A stretch of DNA of 62,731 nucleotides from a virus (Duplodnaviria; Caudoviricetes), in the IMG/VR virus record IMGVR_UViG_3300007513_000035, positions 1-62,731 of that record. One strand, given 5' to 3'. Under the pieces are notes generated by a model. It saw only the letters and a program-made list of their open reading frames with translations. It searched no databases and was not told the DNA's origin. Position 1 is the stretch's first letter. Every line of letters starts with the position of its first letter. A program made the translations under genes and the position numbers. Of the stretch, positions 1 to 10,456 are shown piece after piece.

Positions 1-1
1 C

Positions 2-1375
2 ATCTTCTTCAGCTACAGCGACAGCAGACGGTTCAACAGCTCGGGCAGTAGGTTGAACATTTGGATCATACCGATCCAGATTTGACGGATCAAGAGTGAC
101 AGATGGTTCATAGTATCCGTTGCTTACAAACTCCTCGGGCGGCACTCCTTCATCATACCAGTATGCCTTTTGAGAATCCCAGTCATCTATAAGGTGAGCA
201 AGAAGCATGATTCTCCGCGGAACGGCTGTTACCGGCCCTAGTGTTAGAATATCACGAGCAATGCCGGCAAGACCAGACGACCCAGGCTCTGATCCGGGGG
301 CACCGGTTATATCTTCCGCCTCACCCTGTGCAACATCACCGATAAACTTGGTAATAGGTTCAAGAATAACAGACGTCTTTGCAGAAGCTCCAATGCCTCT
401 TCCTCCTAATCCTGTCCATTTTCCTATTTTTGCTCCAGACCTAGCAGCACTAGCCGCTCCGGCTGGTAAGCTAGCCCCTGCAGAAGCCAGCTCTCTCGAT
501 GCTCTTTGAAAACCCGTCGCCGCTCCTTTTATATTCTTCAACCCTCTCCAGGCTTCCCATGAAGCCTTTCCAAACTTAAGTCTTCCAATATTTGATAATA
601 TACTAATGCCTGCTGATCCTAACTCAGTTGCCCCCGGATCTGGAATTGCTTCAAGAGATCTCTGGACGAAGTCTATAAGGTCTTCAATAAGATTGTCAAG
701 GTCATCTTCAAGAGCTTCTCTTCCGGAGTCTGTTCCTCCGGATCTTAAAAAAGCTGATATGTCTGATTGGGACTTATTTAGTGTATCTCTAAGCTGCTTA
801 ACATTCCATCCGGCAAAAGTTGCAGCAGCAAAATCTCCGATAACAGGAACAGTGCCAATGAGTGCAGCACCGACATCTCCGACTATATCACCGCCAATAT
901 CGAGAGCAGCATCTGCCCAATCACTACCGCCGCCGGGAAGAACTCTTAGCTCTGAAATATTTTGATCATCTAGCAGCGCTTGAGAAAGGCTAGGTCTTTT
1001 CACTTTATAATCTCCCTCGCTAACAGAAGAATTTCCCCTGGCTCGTCGAGCCACTCTAGAATATCTAGGTAGCTTTCTTGTAAAAGGCAATACGTAATCA
1101 TCTATATTATATGTATCTTCATCTTCCTCTTCTTGCTCGGGAAACATTGAAAACTCTCTGTCGTCAACCGTATATCCCTTGTTAACTGTAGAAAGCCTGG
1201 ATGAAAATCCAGAATCAGCAGACATGCTAGGTGAGCCGCCTGAATCTCTATAGAAAGGATATCGCCTAGGGCGACCTAGCTTATAGGATCCGTCTCCGCC
1301 GCCGATGGCTCCCGCAACTGGAATTCCAGTTATGGTCGCTGAGGATCTTTGTGTAGTGCTTTTATCTTTAGCCAT
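2..1375 (-). CDS. Hypothetical protein, runs off the left edge (at least 458 aa); possible internal head or ejection protein with a pre-toxin-TG-like segment
   Basis: Not in the ORF track because it has no stop in the window. Manual translation from ATG at 1375 (MAKDKSTTQRSSATITGIPVAG...) stays open to the edge. An ATATTTAT motif lies 4 nt upstream. Contains DAALDIGGDIVGDVGAALIGTVPVIGDFAAATFAGWN. Confidence 0.75.
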   Translation of the reverse strand, partial: MAKDKSTTQRSSATITGIPVAGAIGGGDGSYKLGRPRRYPFYRDSGGSPSMSADSGFSSRLSTVNKGYTVDDREFSMFPEQEEEDEDTYNIDDYVLPFTRKLPRYSRVARRARGNSSVSEGDYKVKRPSLSQALLDDQNISELRVLPGGGSDWADAALDIGGDIVGDVGAALIGTVPVIGDFAAATFAGWNVKQLRDTLNKSQSDISAFLRSGGTDSGREALEDDLDNLIEDLIDFVQRSLEAIPDPGATELGSAGISILSNIGRLKFGKASWEAWRGLKNIKGAATGFQRASRELASAGASLPAGAASAARSGAKIGKWTGLGGRGIGASAKTSVILEPITKFIGDVAQGEAEDITGAPGSEPGSSGLAGIARDILTLGPVTAVPRRIMLLAHLIDDWDSQKAYWYDEGVPPEEFVSNGYYEPSVTLDPSNLDRYDPNVQPTARAVEPSAVAVAEED

Positions 1376-1396
1376 ACAAATAAATATAAAGAAACA

Positions 1397-1990
1397 CTAG
1401 AAATTAAAATTATTAAGATGACCCTCAATAATCTTATAAAATACCACCCTGCAGTCTTCTGTATCAGTTAGAGATGAATGTGCTCTGTCTTGACTTATAT
1501 TGAAATGCTCTCTTAAAGCATTAAGATTCTGACGCTGGGATGGCAAGAATGTAAATGCAAGTGCACAGGTATCAATTGACGGATAGCCTATCTTAAAAAC
1601 TTTTTCCTCATTGCTGGCGCGGTTATTTCTATTTTCCTCAGCGTACCCATATCGCTTCAAGCACGCTTTGATATGCGACAGGTCAAACTGAATATTGTGT
1701 CCAACCAGCGGGCCCCACCTGATCCTGGAAATTATGTCGGGAGCGACCTCTTCAAACGCAGGTGCATCTGCCCACTCTTCTTCGTTGTAGTTGCATACTC
1801 TCAGCGCTTCCGGATCGGCAAACTCAAGCTCAATTGCTCTGGGTTTTATTTTTGTAGTCCAGACGTCTTGCTTTCCGCCTTCATGATCCGTGATTATTGT
1901 TATTTCAAGAATAGCACTTCTTTCAGAGTCTAAATGAGTAGTCTCAGTGTCTAAAAAGGTTACTGCCCTGCATGTTGATAAATTAGCCAT
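1397..1990 (-). CDS. DEDDh 3'-5' exonuclease (DnaQ/epsilon-like)
   Basis: ExoI FLDTETT, ExoII GHNIQFD, IDT, ExoIII AHSSLTDTEDC. Confidence 0.9.
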   Translation of the reverse strand: MANLSTCRAVTFLDTETTHLDSERSAILEITIITDHEGGKQDVWTTKIKPRAIELEFADPEALRVCNYNEEEWADAPAFEEVAPDIISRIRWGPLVGHNIQFDLSHIKACLKRYGYAEENRNNRASNEEKVFKIGYPSIDTCALAFTFLPSQRQNLNALREHFNISQDRAHSSLTDTEDCRVVFYKIIEGHLNNFNF

Positions 1991-2003
1991 ATCTCTCTCT
2001 TTG

Positions 2004-3224
2004 TTATCTTATCTCTTCTATGGTTAGAGGAAACTTAGTTTTAAATTTTTTATTATAAACTCCAGACGCCACTATGTCTGAAATCTTTTTCATATCTTCA
2101 CCTGGGACATCAATGATGATAGAGTCATGAATCACGAATAAGGGTGTCACGCTAGTCCCTGATTGATTGAAAGAATCTAATAGATCTGAAAATCCCAATA
2201 AAGAAACATCAACCCCGGAAGACTGAATCTTATTGTTGATTAAAACGTGTGACTGACCTGATGATGGGATAATTTTTCTTCCATAAATGTTTTCTATATA
2301 TCCCTTTTCCATCATCTCACTTTTTAAAGATCTCCCCAGGGAAGATATTTTAAAATATTTTCTGACTTCTTTTAGGATTTCTAAAGATTTTATCTCTGAC
2401 AGGCCAGTTGATTCCCCCAGCCTGGTAGAAGATATCCCGAACATGGCTCCCAGGGTTGCTGTTTTGGCAACTTGTCTCGTAGTGTCACCCCCGAGCACCT
2501 TTTTACTAATGTATTCATATATGTCATCAGGAGGTGAAATACCCTCCGAAAGAAGCAAGATTCTAGGCTCAAGACTTGTAAAATCTATCTGAACTATTTT
2601 TCCATTTTTATGCCTAGATTTTATTATTCTTCTGAGATTTTTTCTCATTGTTAAAATATTTGGACCATCAGAGACAGTCAGCCTGCCTGTCACGGAAGAG
2701 GTCATGCTGTATGTGGGCTTTTGTGCCCACCCGTTCTTGTCGGGAGAAAAGCTTGCCAAAGATCTTATGCTAGAAAGATTGTCTTTTTCACTAGAGAGAT
2801 CTCTAAAAAGATCAACATCAATGGCAGCCTTTTTAAGGCTCAGAATTAAATTTCTACCTATTAGAAACTCTCTTCCATAGTATGTATCATCTACCACCTC
2901 AAAGACACACCAGAGCTGATCTAGAAGCCCAGATACAAAAGATTTAAATACTTCCGGAGGCAAAGATTTTTCCCAGTCAACATCTCCCTTGCATGTTCTT
3001 CCAACTTGATTCCAGGAGTTGATATATTTTTCACCAGGGGTGCCATCAACATCAATGTCTACAGCTTTTAAGACAGCATTCGCACATCGAAGAGTGATAT
3101 CTTCACCCCCAAACACCCAGGAGTCTGCTGGTATTGAGCTAGACCAGGCATAATAGCTAGATCTTTTATCGGCAATAAAGTGTCGATCCGACCCAAGAAG
3201 ATCTTTGTGAATGCAGACATGCAT
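2004..3224 (-). CDS. polA: Minimal family A DNA polymerase (polymerase domain only)
   Basis: TGRL, motif A DFTSLEPRIL, motif B RQVAKTATLGAMFG, NIYGRKI, motif C VIHDS. Start moved from the track's GTG at 3239 to ATG at 3224 because the GTG lies inside the promoter. Confidence 0.85.
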   Translation of the reverse strand: MHVCIHKDLLGSDRHFIADKRSSYYAWSSSIPADSWVFGGEDITLRCANAVLKAVDIDVDGTPGEKYINSWNQVGRTCKGDVDWEKSLPPEVFKSFVSGLLDQLWCVFEVVDDTYYGREFLIGRNLILSLKKAAIDVDLFRDLSSEKDNLSSIRSLASFSPDKNGWAQKPTYSMTSSVTGRLTVSDGPNILTMRKNLRRIIKSRHKNGKIVQIDFTSLEPRILLLSEGISPPDDIYEYISKKVLGGDTTRQVAKTATLGAMFGISSTRLGESTGLSEIKSLEILKEVRKYFKISSLGRSLKSEMMEKGYIENIYGRKIIPSSGQSHVLINNKIQSSGVDVSLLGFSDLLDSFNQSGTSVTPLFVIHDSIIIDVPGEDMKKISDIVASGVYNKKFKTKFPLTIEEIR

Positions 3225-3229
3225 AACAG

Positions 3230-3258
3230 ATAATATCACATAAGATAAAGATGTTCAA
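3230..3258 (-). promoter_or_regulatory. Sigma70-like promoter of polA giving a leaderless mRNA
   Basis: Minus strand TTGAAC-N17-TATTAT-N5-ATG with an extended -10 TGn; same layout as upstream of the primase. Confidence 0.65.
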
Positions 3259-6200
3259 TCATTCCAGCTCTCCCGGATCCTCTCCCTGGGCTCTGATGGC
3301 ATCGTCCCTAATAAGTTGCCTTAGTGATCTAAGATTTGTTAAAGAATCTTTTCGTATTCCTGAATTTATTGGGTATAGTGTCGCACTAGATTTAAACTCT
3401 CCGGCACGAATATTGTGAACAAGTCTTGTTATTCCATAAACTTGCTCGAGAGTGGTGCCTGTCCCCATGGATAAAAAATATTGTTGACCAAATGCTAGTA
3501 AGGGACACCCGATTGTGTTTAGTGTGATAGTAGCGGGAACAAGCTGAAGATCAGCTGCGATGGATGTATCTGACCCTTGATTCTGTTCTTCTGGAGAATC
3601 TGAGTCTCGGCGGCGTTGCTCATTTAAAATTGCCTCCATAATAATGGCATCAGCGATGGGACCAGAGGTTGATCCTCTAACGTCCAGGCTAATAATTCCG
3701 CTTGTATTTATTCCATATTTAAAGGAAGGAACAGAGTCTGTCACCCATTTCCGAGCAGCTGAAGGAGAGATACTAGACCTGACGACATCTATGCCGGCAT
3801 TGTTATCTGCATGAAAAGTGGCTCTGGACCCAAGTGCACTTCTTACGTTCTGGCTGGCTCTGGGAAGGTGCTGTGAATCAATGTATGTCGCCTCTGCTAC
3901 AGGGGACTGATTTAAAGACACCCTGGCGTCGTCTAAAGATCTTAGCAGAATATTTTGGGCGAGATGCGGTGTCTGTCGGGTGTCGACAACATGAAGTCTC
4001 ATAACTTTTGCAGAGGGTGTGGGGATAGATTGATCAGACCCAGCTCCGGCAGCTTTGACAGTTAAAACATCAATGATATATGCTATTGACGGCTCAATAA
4101 ACTCCCCTGCCACAGGACACCCGAGATTTCGTATCCTGTTAAAGAGAAAACTATCAAGCGCTGCATCTGGGATCTGAATATCATCAGCATCGCTGTCATC
4201 AGCACCTTCTTGAGCCTCCGCAGCGTCGGCCTCTTCTGATTCGACAGCTCGACAAACACCGTAGGGAGCAGCAGATGAAGATTCTAGAATCTCAGCCATC
4301 TCATCAAAAAGATCCCCAATATTAATACGCCTGCTTCTTCGATACTTATCCTTAAGTTTGTCCTCAAGGAGAGATAATTTGACAGGAAACTTAGCTATGT
4401 TGTGTCCCCAAAACGCACCAGCAGCGTGATTAAACGGATGAAAGAAAACCTGGACTTCATCATAATCCTGAGATGCTGCTATCGGATGAGCAATTAAAGC
4501 AAGAACGAGCTTTCCAAAAGAAACATATTTAGTTCTATCCTGGAACTGACTCGCAACACGGTTGTAGTCAGTATCTCCCGTGACAGGTATTGTTAAAAAA
4601 GGATCTTTCTCCACCATATCCGGCAATGACTTAAGAGCCTGGATCTTGGCATCTAAAATACCGAACATACTTCTGGGATCATCCGTGCCGGCGGTCTCAG
4701 CCCCCTCGAGTATTTCATCAAGTGAGGCGAGAATTTCAGCATAGCTGGCCGAGCTACCCTCTGCTGTCATCGCATTGATCTGGTTATTTATCTCTCGATA
4801 TAGGCTAGTCGGAAGATACATTGAAGCATCTGTCACATTACCATGCTTAAAAACAGCTGAAGGAAGGGCAGAAGGAGCTGTTGGATTCTCTCCGGTGGTC
4901 TGGGTTGCGTGAGCCTGTGTAATCGCTGCCCTGAGACTTTCAATCACGGCTTCGACATTTATTTGCTCACCCTCAGCAACCGTGTAATTATCAAATTTTT
5001 CCGAGGAAGCATTTTGAAGGATAACAGTAACATTAACCTGGCCATCTTGAGTAAATGTATAGTCTGACCTAACAAGAAAAAAGACCCCCCGCTGTCTCAT
5101 TGAATTTAAAAACCTGCCATACGTGTTATCTGATCCGGGATCTGAGTCTGGGTGAGACCATCCGTACTCAAGCAAAAACTCAGTTGTCTTATATACCCTG
5201 GGGGCAATTAATTGAGATATATCAGCAAGCCGAGATCGATCATGCAGGACCAGGTCAACCTTCACCTGAATTGTATAGATTGTCTCACTTCTCTGTGAAA
5301 GATGAGAGATTGTCATTCCTTTAAGGCTCATAAAGGGCCTTGATCGATCCAATATCTGCTCACCAGAAACTGGGTGATACCTGTCAGGCTCGGTAAGATC
5401 TATCAGCGACTGGGGCATGGTAAAGATATCCATTGTAGTATATGAAGAATCTAAAAGAAGCTCCTGAATCTCTGCCTCTTCGCCAGAATCAATGTCGCCG
5501 AGCATGCCGGAGGCTTCTCCCGCACTAATGATAGATGACATAGTGCCGCCCTCATTGATACCAACAATACCGGCTGCCGTGTCCGCAAAAACCTGGGGGA
5601 CTGATGATGCTAGCTTTCCTGCAACGGTGGTGTTCCCCTCATCTGGGTTGTATTCCGTCCCCAGAAATCTCATGATATTCATGCCAGATGTCTCCCTTCC
5701 GCCCTGCGTTCTGACTATCATGTCAATATAGGGGACACACCTGCTAAACTCCTGGGGAGGTATCCCGTTCATAAAAAATTCAGCTGAGGCAGCGTGTCTG
5801 ACAGCTGGACTGATCATTGGGTACTGAACAAGATGAGCAGAAAGACCTGGATTAATTTTTGTAGGAGATCCGATTGATGTGTTAACTGGGTCATTCACTT
5901 TGGCAGAAATGATACTTCTCATACTGTACGTATTAGTGTCGCTGAGCAGGGATGAATTGGCACTGTACCAACAGTTTGCATCACCCGTTGGCCAGGGCTC
6001 ATAGAATATCTTGTATGCTTTCGACAAGTCGAAAAGTTCTCGCATATTCTCATTCGTCATTATCGAAGGAGTGGTGGCTGCTCCATTATTCAAATTCAGA
6101 AGCTCTTGGATTACTCTTTTCATATCTGGGTCTGCCAGATCATTTTCCCATCGTGCTATGTAGCCCTCCGTTATTTCAGCCAGGCCTTCCATGCCCCTTT

Positions 6201-6372
6201 CCCGTGCTTCCGCAGCAGCTGCTGTAGATGCTGCAATAAGACGCTCGATGTGTTCTGTCTGCTGGGCAGACCTTCCTTCAATGCTGTTTGCAATTATTTT
6301 CTCCTGGGATGCGATATTGAAATACTTTAACATATTCATATCATCCAGGATTTGAATGGGATCTTCAGCCAA
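3259..6372 (-). CDS. Putative baseplate hub protein (T4 gp27/Mu gp44-like)
   Basis: Follows the LysM gene. FLLEYGWSH and the C-terminal TITLNTIGCPLLAFGQQYF...YGITRLVHNIRAGEFKSSATL are typical of hub proteins. TTG start with AGGGAGG SD. Confidence 0.6.
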   Translation of the reverse strand: MAEDPIQILDDMNMLKYFNIASQEKIIANSIEGRSAQQTEHIERLIAASTAAAAEARERGMEGLAEITEGYIARWENDLADPDMKRVIQELLNLNNGAATTPSIMTNENMRELFDLSKAYKIFYEPWPTGDANCWYSANSSLLSDTNTYSMRSIISAKVNDPVNTSIGSPTKINPGLSAHLVQYPMISPAVRHAASAEFFMNGIPPQEFSRCVPYIDMIVRTQGGRETSGMNIMRFLGTEYNPDEGNTTVAGKLASSVPQVFADTAAGIVGINEGGTMSSIISAGEASGMLGDIDSGEEAEIQELLLDSSYTTMDIFTMPQSLIDLTEPDRYHPVSGEQILDRSRPFMSLKGMTISHLSQRSETIYTIQVKVDLVLHDRSRLADISQLIAPRVYKTTEFLLEYGWSHPDSDPGSDNTYGRFLNSMRQRGVFFLVRSDYTFTQDGQVNVTVILQNASSEKFDNYTVAEGEQINVEAVIESLRAAITQAHATQTTGENPTAPSALPSAVFKHGNVTDASMYLPTSLYREINNQINAMTAEGSSASYAEILASLDEILEGAETAGTDDPRSMFGILDAKIQALKSLPDMVEKDPFLTIPVTGDTDYNRVASQFQDRTKYVSFGKLVLALIAHPIAASQDYDEVQVFFHPFNHAAGAFWGHNIAKFPVKLSLLEDKLKDKYRRSRRINIGDLFDEMAEILESSSAAPYGVCRAVESEEADAAEAQEGADDSDADDIQIPDAALDSFLFNRIRNLGCPVAGEFIEPSIAYIIDVLTVKAAGAGSDQSIPTPSAKVMRLHVVDTRQTPHLAQNILLRSLDDARVSLNQSPVAEATYIDSQHLPRASQNVRSALGSRATFHADNNAGIDVVRSSISPSAARKWVTDSVPSFKYGINTSGIISLDVRGSTSGPIADAIIMEAILNEQRRRDSDSPEEQNQGSDTSIAADLQLVPATITLNTIGCPLLAFGQQYFLSMGTGTTLEQVYGITRLVHNIRAGEFKSSATLYPINSGIRKDSLTNLRSLRQLIRDDAIRAQGEDPGELE

Positions 6373-6374
6373 AG

Positions 6375-6671
6375 TTACCTCCCTGCGTATGCCAGAGCCT
6401 GGCCCAATTGTTTAGGTATTCTCAATGTTGTACCTGGCGGGACTTGAAGTCCCCAGCCGATTCCTGTTGCTGCTGCAATCACCCACCAGTAGGATCCGTC
6501 TCCATACATATCGGCAGCAATTGTGTCCAATCTCTCACCGCCCTTTAAATCTCTCACCACGACACTTAGGGCACCGTTCTGTGCAGCAAAAAAGAGAGAT
6601 GGCGAATGAAATGAACTTCCTCGCGCTGTGCCTCTCTCTATTTTCGGAGTATTTCCGTATCTTGATGGCAT
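6375..6671 (-). CDS. LysM-like baseplate wedge protein (T4 gp53/P2 gpX-like)
   Basis: GERLDTIAADMYGDGSYWWVIAAATGI...PPGTTLRIP. Confidence 0.8.
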   Translation of the reverse strand: MPSRYGNTPKIERGTARGSSFHSPSLFFAAQNGALSVVVRDLKGGERLDTIAADMYGDGSYWWVIAAATGIGWGLQVPPGTTLRIPKQLGQALAYAGR

Positions 6672-6674
6672 TTT

Positions 6675-9600
6675 CTAATCCTCCACAATCTTCTTAGATT
6701 TAAATGTTAGGCGACCCTGGTTCCTAAATCCAAACTTGGATGCATGACCATTATCATCATACGGATCTCCTGCAATATATTCCATTGATCTTCCCACGTT
6801 GTAAACAGGTGCCCTGTTGAAACCCTGACTATCAAGTCCGGGCTGGATATCGTGAATCGGATTAAATCCTATCTCCACTTTTACAAACTTCGGTGCTCGA
6901 GAATTCCAGTCGGTCTCCCATGTAGTGGATCCGTCTATGTGCTTGATAGTAAGTCTTCTAACAAATCCCGCCAATCCTCGACCTCGAGAAGAATTAAATG
7001 CCTTGACAATAGGGTTGTCGTCAGAATTAAAAAACTGAGATGTGTCTGAGACGTTTAAATTAACAGTATCAGCTGGCACGCCAGCTGCAGTAGCAGCTTC
7101 ATTTGTTACAGCTTCAACAGCGGCGTTTAATGCGCCTCTTAGGCTTAGTGCTGGGAGCATAGCAATATTAAATATAAATGCCGGATCAGCGATAATATCT
7201 GAGTGATTGATATAAAAATGGCCCTTTAGCAAATATTTGAAAGGTGCTCCTAGATCTGTGCACACAACCTTGTAGACTGTCCGAGTCTTTCGCATGTTAT
7301 TAGAGGCAGAGCTTTTATCAATTGACTCCTCCATTCTCTCTAATATCATGCATCTCACGGGTCTGTTAAACCTGACCATCTGTGTGTCGCTACCTTTTTT
7401 CCACTTATAGGCTTTTCCATCTGTGGGCTTTAAGAAAACAACAGCAGGCGCTCGATATCCGTACCCGAATAACCCACCTCCACCGGCGCCGAGACCATCA
7501 ATAACGGAAGATATTGTAAAGGATTTGGGTGCTGCATTAACAACTGTGTCTGGATCCCTTAGTCTCTGTCCAATCACCTGCGTCAAGATAGGATTTCCAA
7601 AACCATTTACAAGAAACTGTGACACCAGCGCCCTACCTGCGCGGTTATCCAGCCAGCTAAGCCACGAGTGCTCACCGAGGAGCCCGAGCGGTGTTCCGTA
7701 TAGTGTTTGAAAAAAATCAAGCATATCTGCATCGAGAAGGTCGTTCAGCTTATCCATTGCGGCGCCCAATACCCCCGGGAGACTTGACCCAGCATCATCT
7801 CCTGCGTCGTTCCCCTTGAGATTAACTGCATGAGCAGTTCCTACACCAAAAATTCTAGCAAGATTGTACTTAGAATAGTTGGACTTAACAACGTCCCCTA
7901 CCCTCAATCTAATCATCGGAGAGGACTTAAGAACCTGACTAAAAGGTTGAATCCACTTCGATTCACCTGAAGTTACCTGTGTTCCTGCTCCATACTGGGG
8001 GTATACAAGAGTGACAAGCTTGTTTATCTTCCACCACATTTCATCAAAATCTTCCTGAGATGTAGCAGCAATAATAAAGCTGAGTCCGATGGTCCTGGCG
8101 GTATTATTATAGATCTGAACCGGATCCATCCTGCCGTAGCCCTTCACATCAGTATACTGGGGGCTGAACGTGTCTGTCAGCGTAGAGAGAAAGGCATGGA
8201 ATGCCAGAATTTCATTTGTCCGAAGGTCATGAAAATAAAACGGGCAATACTCAGCATCGAGTGTATTCTCAAGGCGTTCAACAACATCGCCTGGTATTCG
8301 CTGTCCTTCTCCTTCCATTCCGAGAGAAGTGTATGTCTTATCCCAAAGAGTTGTAGCCATCATTCCTTTTGCTGGGTTTGTTCCGAAACCGCCTGTGCCC
8401 AAATCGACTGTGGCTCTTAAAATTTCCCTAGGTAGCAAGTAGACTGAGGGAACTGAATTTCCCCTCCACGCTAGAGATGTAGTTGTGTTTCCTTCTGAGC
8501 TTCTGCTCTTTCCCACCCTGGTGGCAGGACCATCTGGAAGCTTGTCCACATTGAAATAGCTATTACCATCTTCCGTATTCTTAAGCGAAGTTCCCATACC
8601 AGCTGTCAATGAGATATCTCCAATTGAAGCTAAGTATCTAAAGAATCCAATTAGTTTATTAGACCCAAGGAGTTTAACAAGGTTCTCAACAGAGCTATAG
8701 TCTCCAAGTGCAGCACTTGCTGCCTGTTCAACAACACTGTCTACATTTTTCAATATTCCTCTGCAAACAGCAAGCCAGTATCCGGCAGAATTAGTAATCA
8801 TGTCGGCTGCCTTATTTTCTGCATCATTAAGCTGAGATCCTTCACGGCTTCCGAGACTGCTCAGGGTCGAAATATTAGAGTCAAACATTATTTCAATTCC
8901 CCTGTCTACACAATCGCTAAAGGGGGCTGATTGTGTTGGTATGAGGAGCAATCGATGAAGTGTTCGTATGTTTCGATCAACCTGATTCCCAAATGCTCCA
9001 TTCAAAAAGGGGCCCCGCCCCATTGGGACAGACTTAGCACTATCAAGAGATTCAATCACGTCAGACATCAATTTTTTTCCAAGAGCACTAACAGCAACAA
9101 GAGAAGCGATCGCCTGGGCAGAGACCACAGAGCTGGCACCCGGGTCATCAAACTTATTGTCCGGGGTGTAAACGGTTCCAAAAGAGGTGATATCCGCCTC
9201 GTCATCATTGTCAACCAAAAATGAACCCCTTCCGTTTCTATAGGATTCTCCAAGACCGCTTGTAGTGGGTGTTCCATACGCATTTTTAGATCTTAGCTTC
9301 TCAGTATCAATATTTTTTCTACCGGTAGCTATCTGTGTATTCTGATAGGACATGGCATACTCTGATGGGACTATTCCTTCGGGATCCCTGCTTGTGCCGG
9401 GTTTTTCACCATCTGTATCCCACCCGGCAGCTTTGGCCATCAGAGAGGCGGCCACATCTATGAGAGAATCATAGCTAAATGCGTCAGACTCATCTCCCTT
9501 GACATAGTCACCAAATTCCCGTTGCGGATACATTGTCTGATCTGAGTCAGCCTCTTTTGTAGTCTTCCCTTTTTCTGCGAAGGCGCGACTCGTCGGGGCA

Positions 9601-10175
9601 AATCTATTATAGGTCTCTAAGATCTCACTGGATTCCTTTACCACCTGAGACTCGAAGGTCGGGTTAGGAGTCCTGACAAGGCCAGATGTATCGAGTGCAG
9701 TTCCGAGATGTCCAAAACTTCCCCTCACACCGGGTAATAAATTATTCCCATCAGATCCCCCTATTTTGTCTATAATATCATCAGAAAACTTTCCACTGTT
9801 CGAATATTTTTCAAGCTCAAGTCCTCCGGTTTTATTTGAAGCAGCAAACACTGCCTGAGCGCCTGTATTTTCTGGCGGGGATAACGGATCACCTCTATTT
9901 GCAGTATCTGACTCGTAGTTTCCCCCTTTGAGTGGAAATTCATTGGGAGCGTACATGTTCATAACGTACTCCAGATAGTCTCCAATTAGACCTGTGTCAG
10001 AGTTTTCAAGATCAAGAAGCTCCAATTTAGAATTTGGATCAACAGTAAGATCATTATCGCTATACTGCTGCAAAAACTCGGGGTCACCGACACTATTTTT
10101 TAGATTAAAATTAATTGAATTCTTATCAGTTATGCCCTTGGAGTTTAAAAATTTACCAAGCTTCTCTCTTGCCAT
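6675..10175 (-). CDS. Large baseplate or tail tube initiator protein (gp48/gp54-like domain)
   Basis: FHAFLSTLTDTFSPQY...GYGRMDPVQIYNNTARTIGLSF...SPMIRLRVGD segment; lies between the tape measure and LysM genes. Confidence 0.55.
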   Translation of the reverse strand: MAREKLGKFLNSKGITDKNSINFNLKNSVGDPEFLQQYSDNDLTVDPNSKLELLDLENSDTGLIGDYLEYVMNMYAPNEFPLKGGNYESDTANRGDPLSPPENTGAQAVFAASNKTGGLELEKYSNSGKFSDDIIDKIGGSDGNNLLPGVRGSFGHLGTALDTSGLVRTPNPTFESQVVKESSEILETYNRFAPTSRAFAEKGKTTKEADSDQTMYPQREFGDYVKGDESDAFSYDSLIDVAASLMAKAAGWDTDGEKPGTSRDPEGIVPSEYAMSYQNTQIATGRKNIDTEKLRSKNAYGTPTTSGLGESYRNGRGSFLVDNDDEADITSFGTVYTPDNKFDDPGASSVVSAQAIASLVAVSALGKKLMSDVIESLDSAKSVPMGRGPFLNGAFGNQVDRNIRTLHRLLLIPTQSAPFSDCVDRGIEIMFDSNISTLSSLGSREGSQLNDAENKAADMITNSAGYWLAVCRGILKNVDSVVEQAASAALGDYSSVENLVKLLGSNKLIGFFRYLASIGDISLTAGMGTSLKNTEDGNSYFNVDKLPDGPATRVGKSRSSEGNTTTSLAWRGNSVPSVYLLPREILRATVDLGTGGFGTNPAKGMMATTLWDKTYTSLGMEGEGQRIPGDVVERLENTLDAEYCPFYFHDLRTNEILAFHAFLSTLTDTFSPQYTDVKGYGRMDPVQIYNNTARTIGLSFIIAATSQEDFDEMWWKINKLVTLVYPQYGAGTQVTSGESKWIQPFSQVLKSSPMIRLRVGDVVKSNYSKYNLARIFGVGTAHAVNLKGNDAGDDAGSSLPGVLGAAMDKLNDLLDADMLDFFQTLYGTPLGLLGEHSWLSWLDNRAGRALVSQFLVNGFGNPILTQVIGQRLRDPDTVVNAAPKSFTISSVIDGLGAGGGGLFGYGYRAPAVVFLKPTDGKAYKWKKGSDTQMVRFNRPVRCMILERMEESIDKSSASNNMRKTRTVYKVVCTDLGAPFKYLLKGHFYINHSDIIADPAFIFNIAMLPALSLRGALNAAVEAVTNEAATAAGVPADTVNLNVSDTSQFFNSDDNPIVKAFNSSRGRGLAGFVRRLTIKHIDGSTTWETDWNSRAPKFVKVEIGFNPIHDIQPGLDSQGFNRAPVYNVGRSMEYIAGDPYDDNGHASKFGFRNQGRLTFKSKKIVED

Positions 10176-10453
10176 TATTCCTCACCCTCCTCACTAAGCT
10201 CGTCTTCATTGGAAAAAGTCGTGTACAGCGCTTCATCAGCAGCAGTGACCAGATCCATAACCTGTCCTTGATTAATTATATTATTCTTGAGATTTTTACC
10301 CAGTTCTTCAACTCTGCCGGTTATCAATTTGATGTGCTCATCTACCATAGGCTTTAGATGATCTGGGAGGCTGGCGTAGATCTTTTTAAACGCAGGGTGG
10401 CAGTAAATCTCATCTATCACTCTAAGTTGTCCCTGTGTCTGTTTTTCACCCAT
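10175..10453 (-). CDS. Hypothetical protein
   Basis: 92 aa ORF in the operon; TAATG overlap with the downstream gene. Confidence 0.7.
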   Translation of the reverse strand: MGEKQTQGQLRVIDEIYCHPAFKKIYASLPDHLKPMVDEHIKLITGRVEELGKNLKNNIINQGQVMDLVTAADEALYTTFSNEDELSEEGEE

Positions 10454-10456
10454 ATT

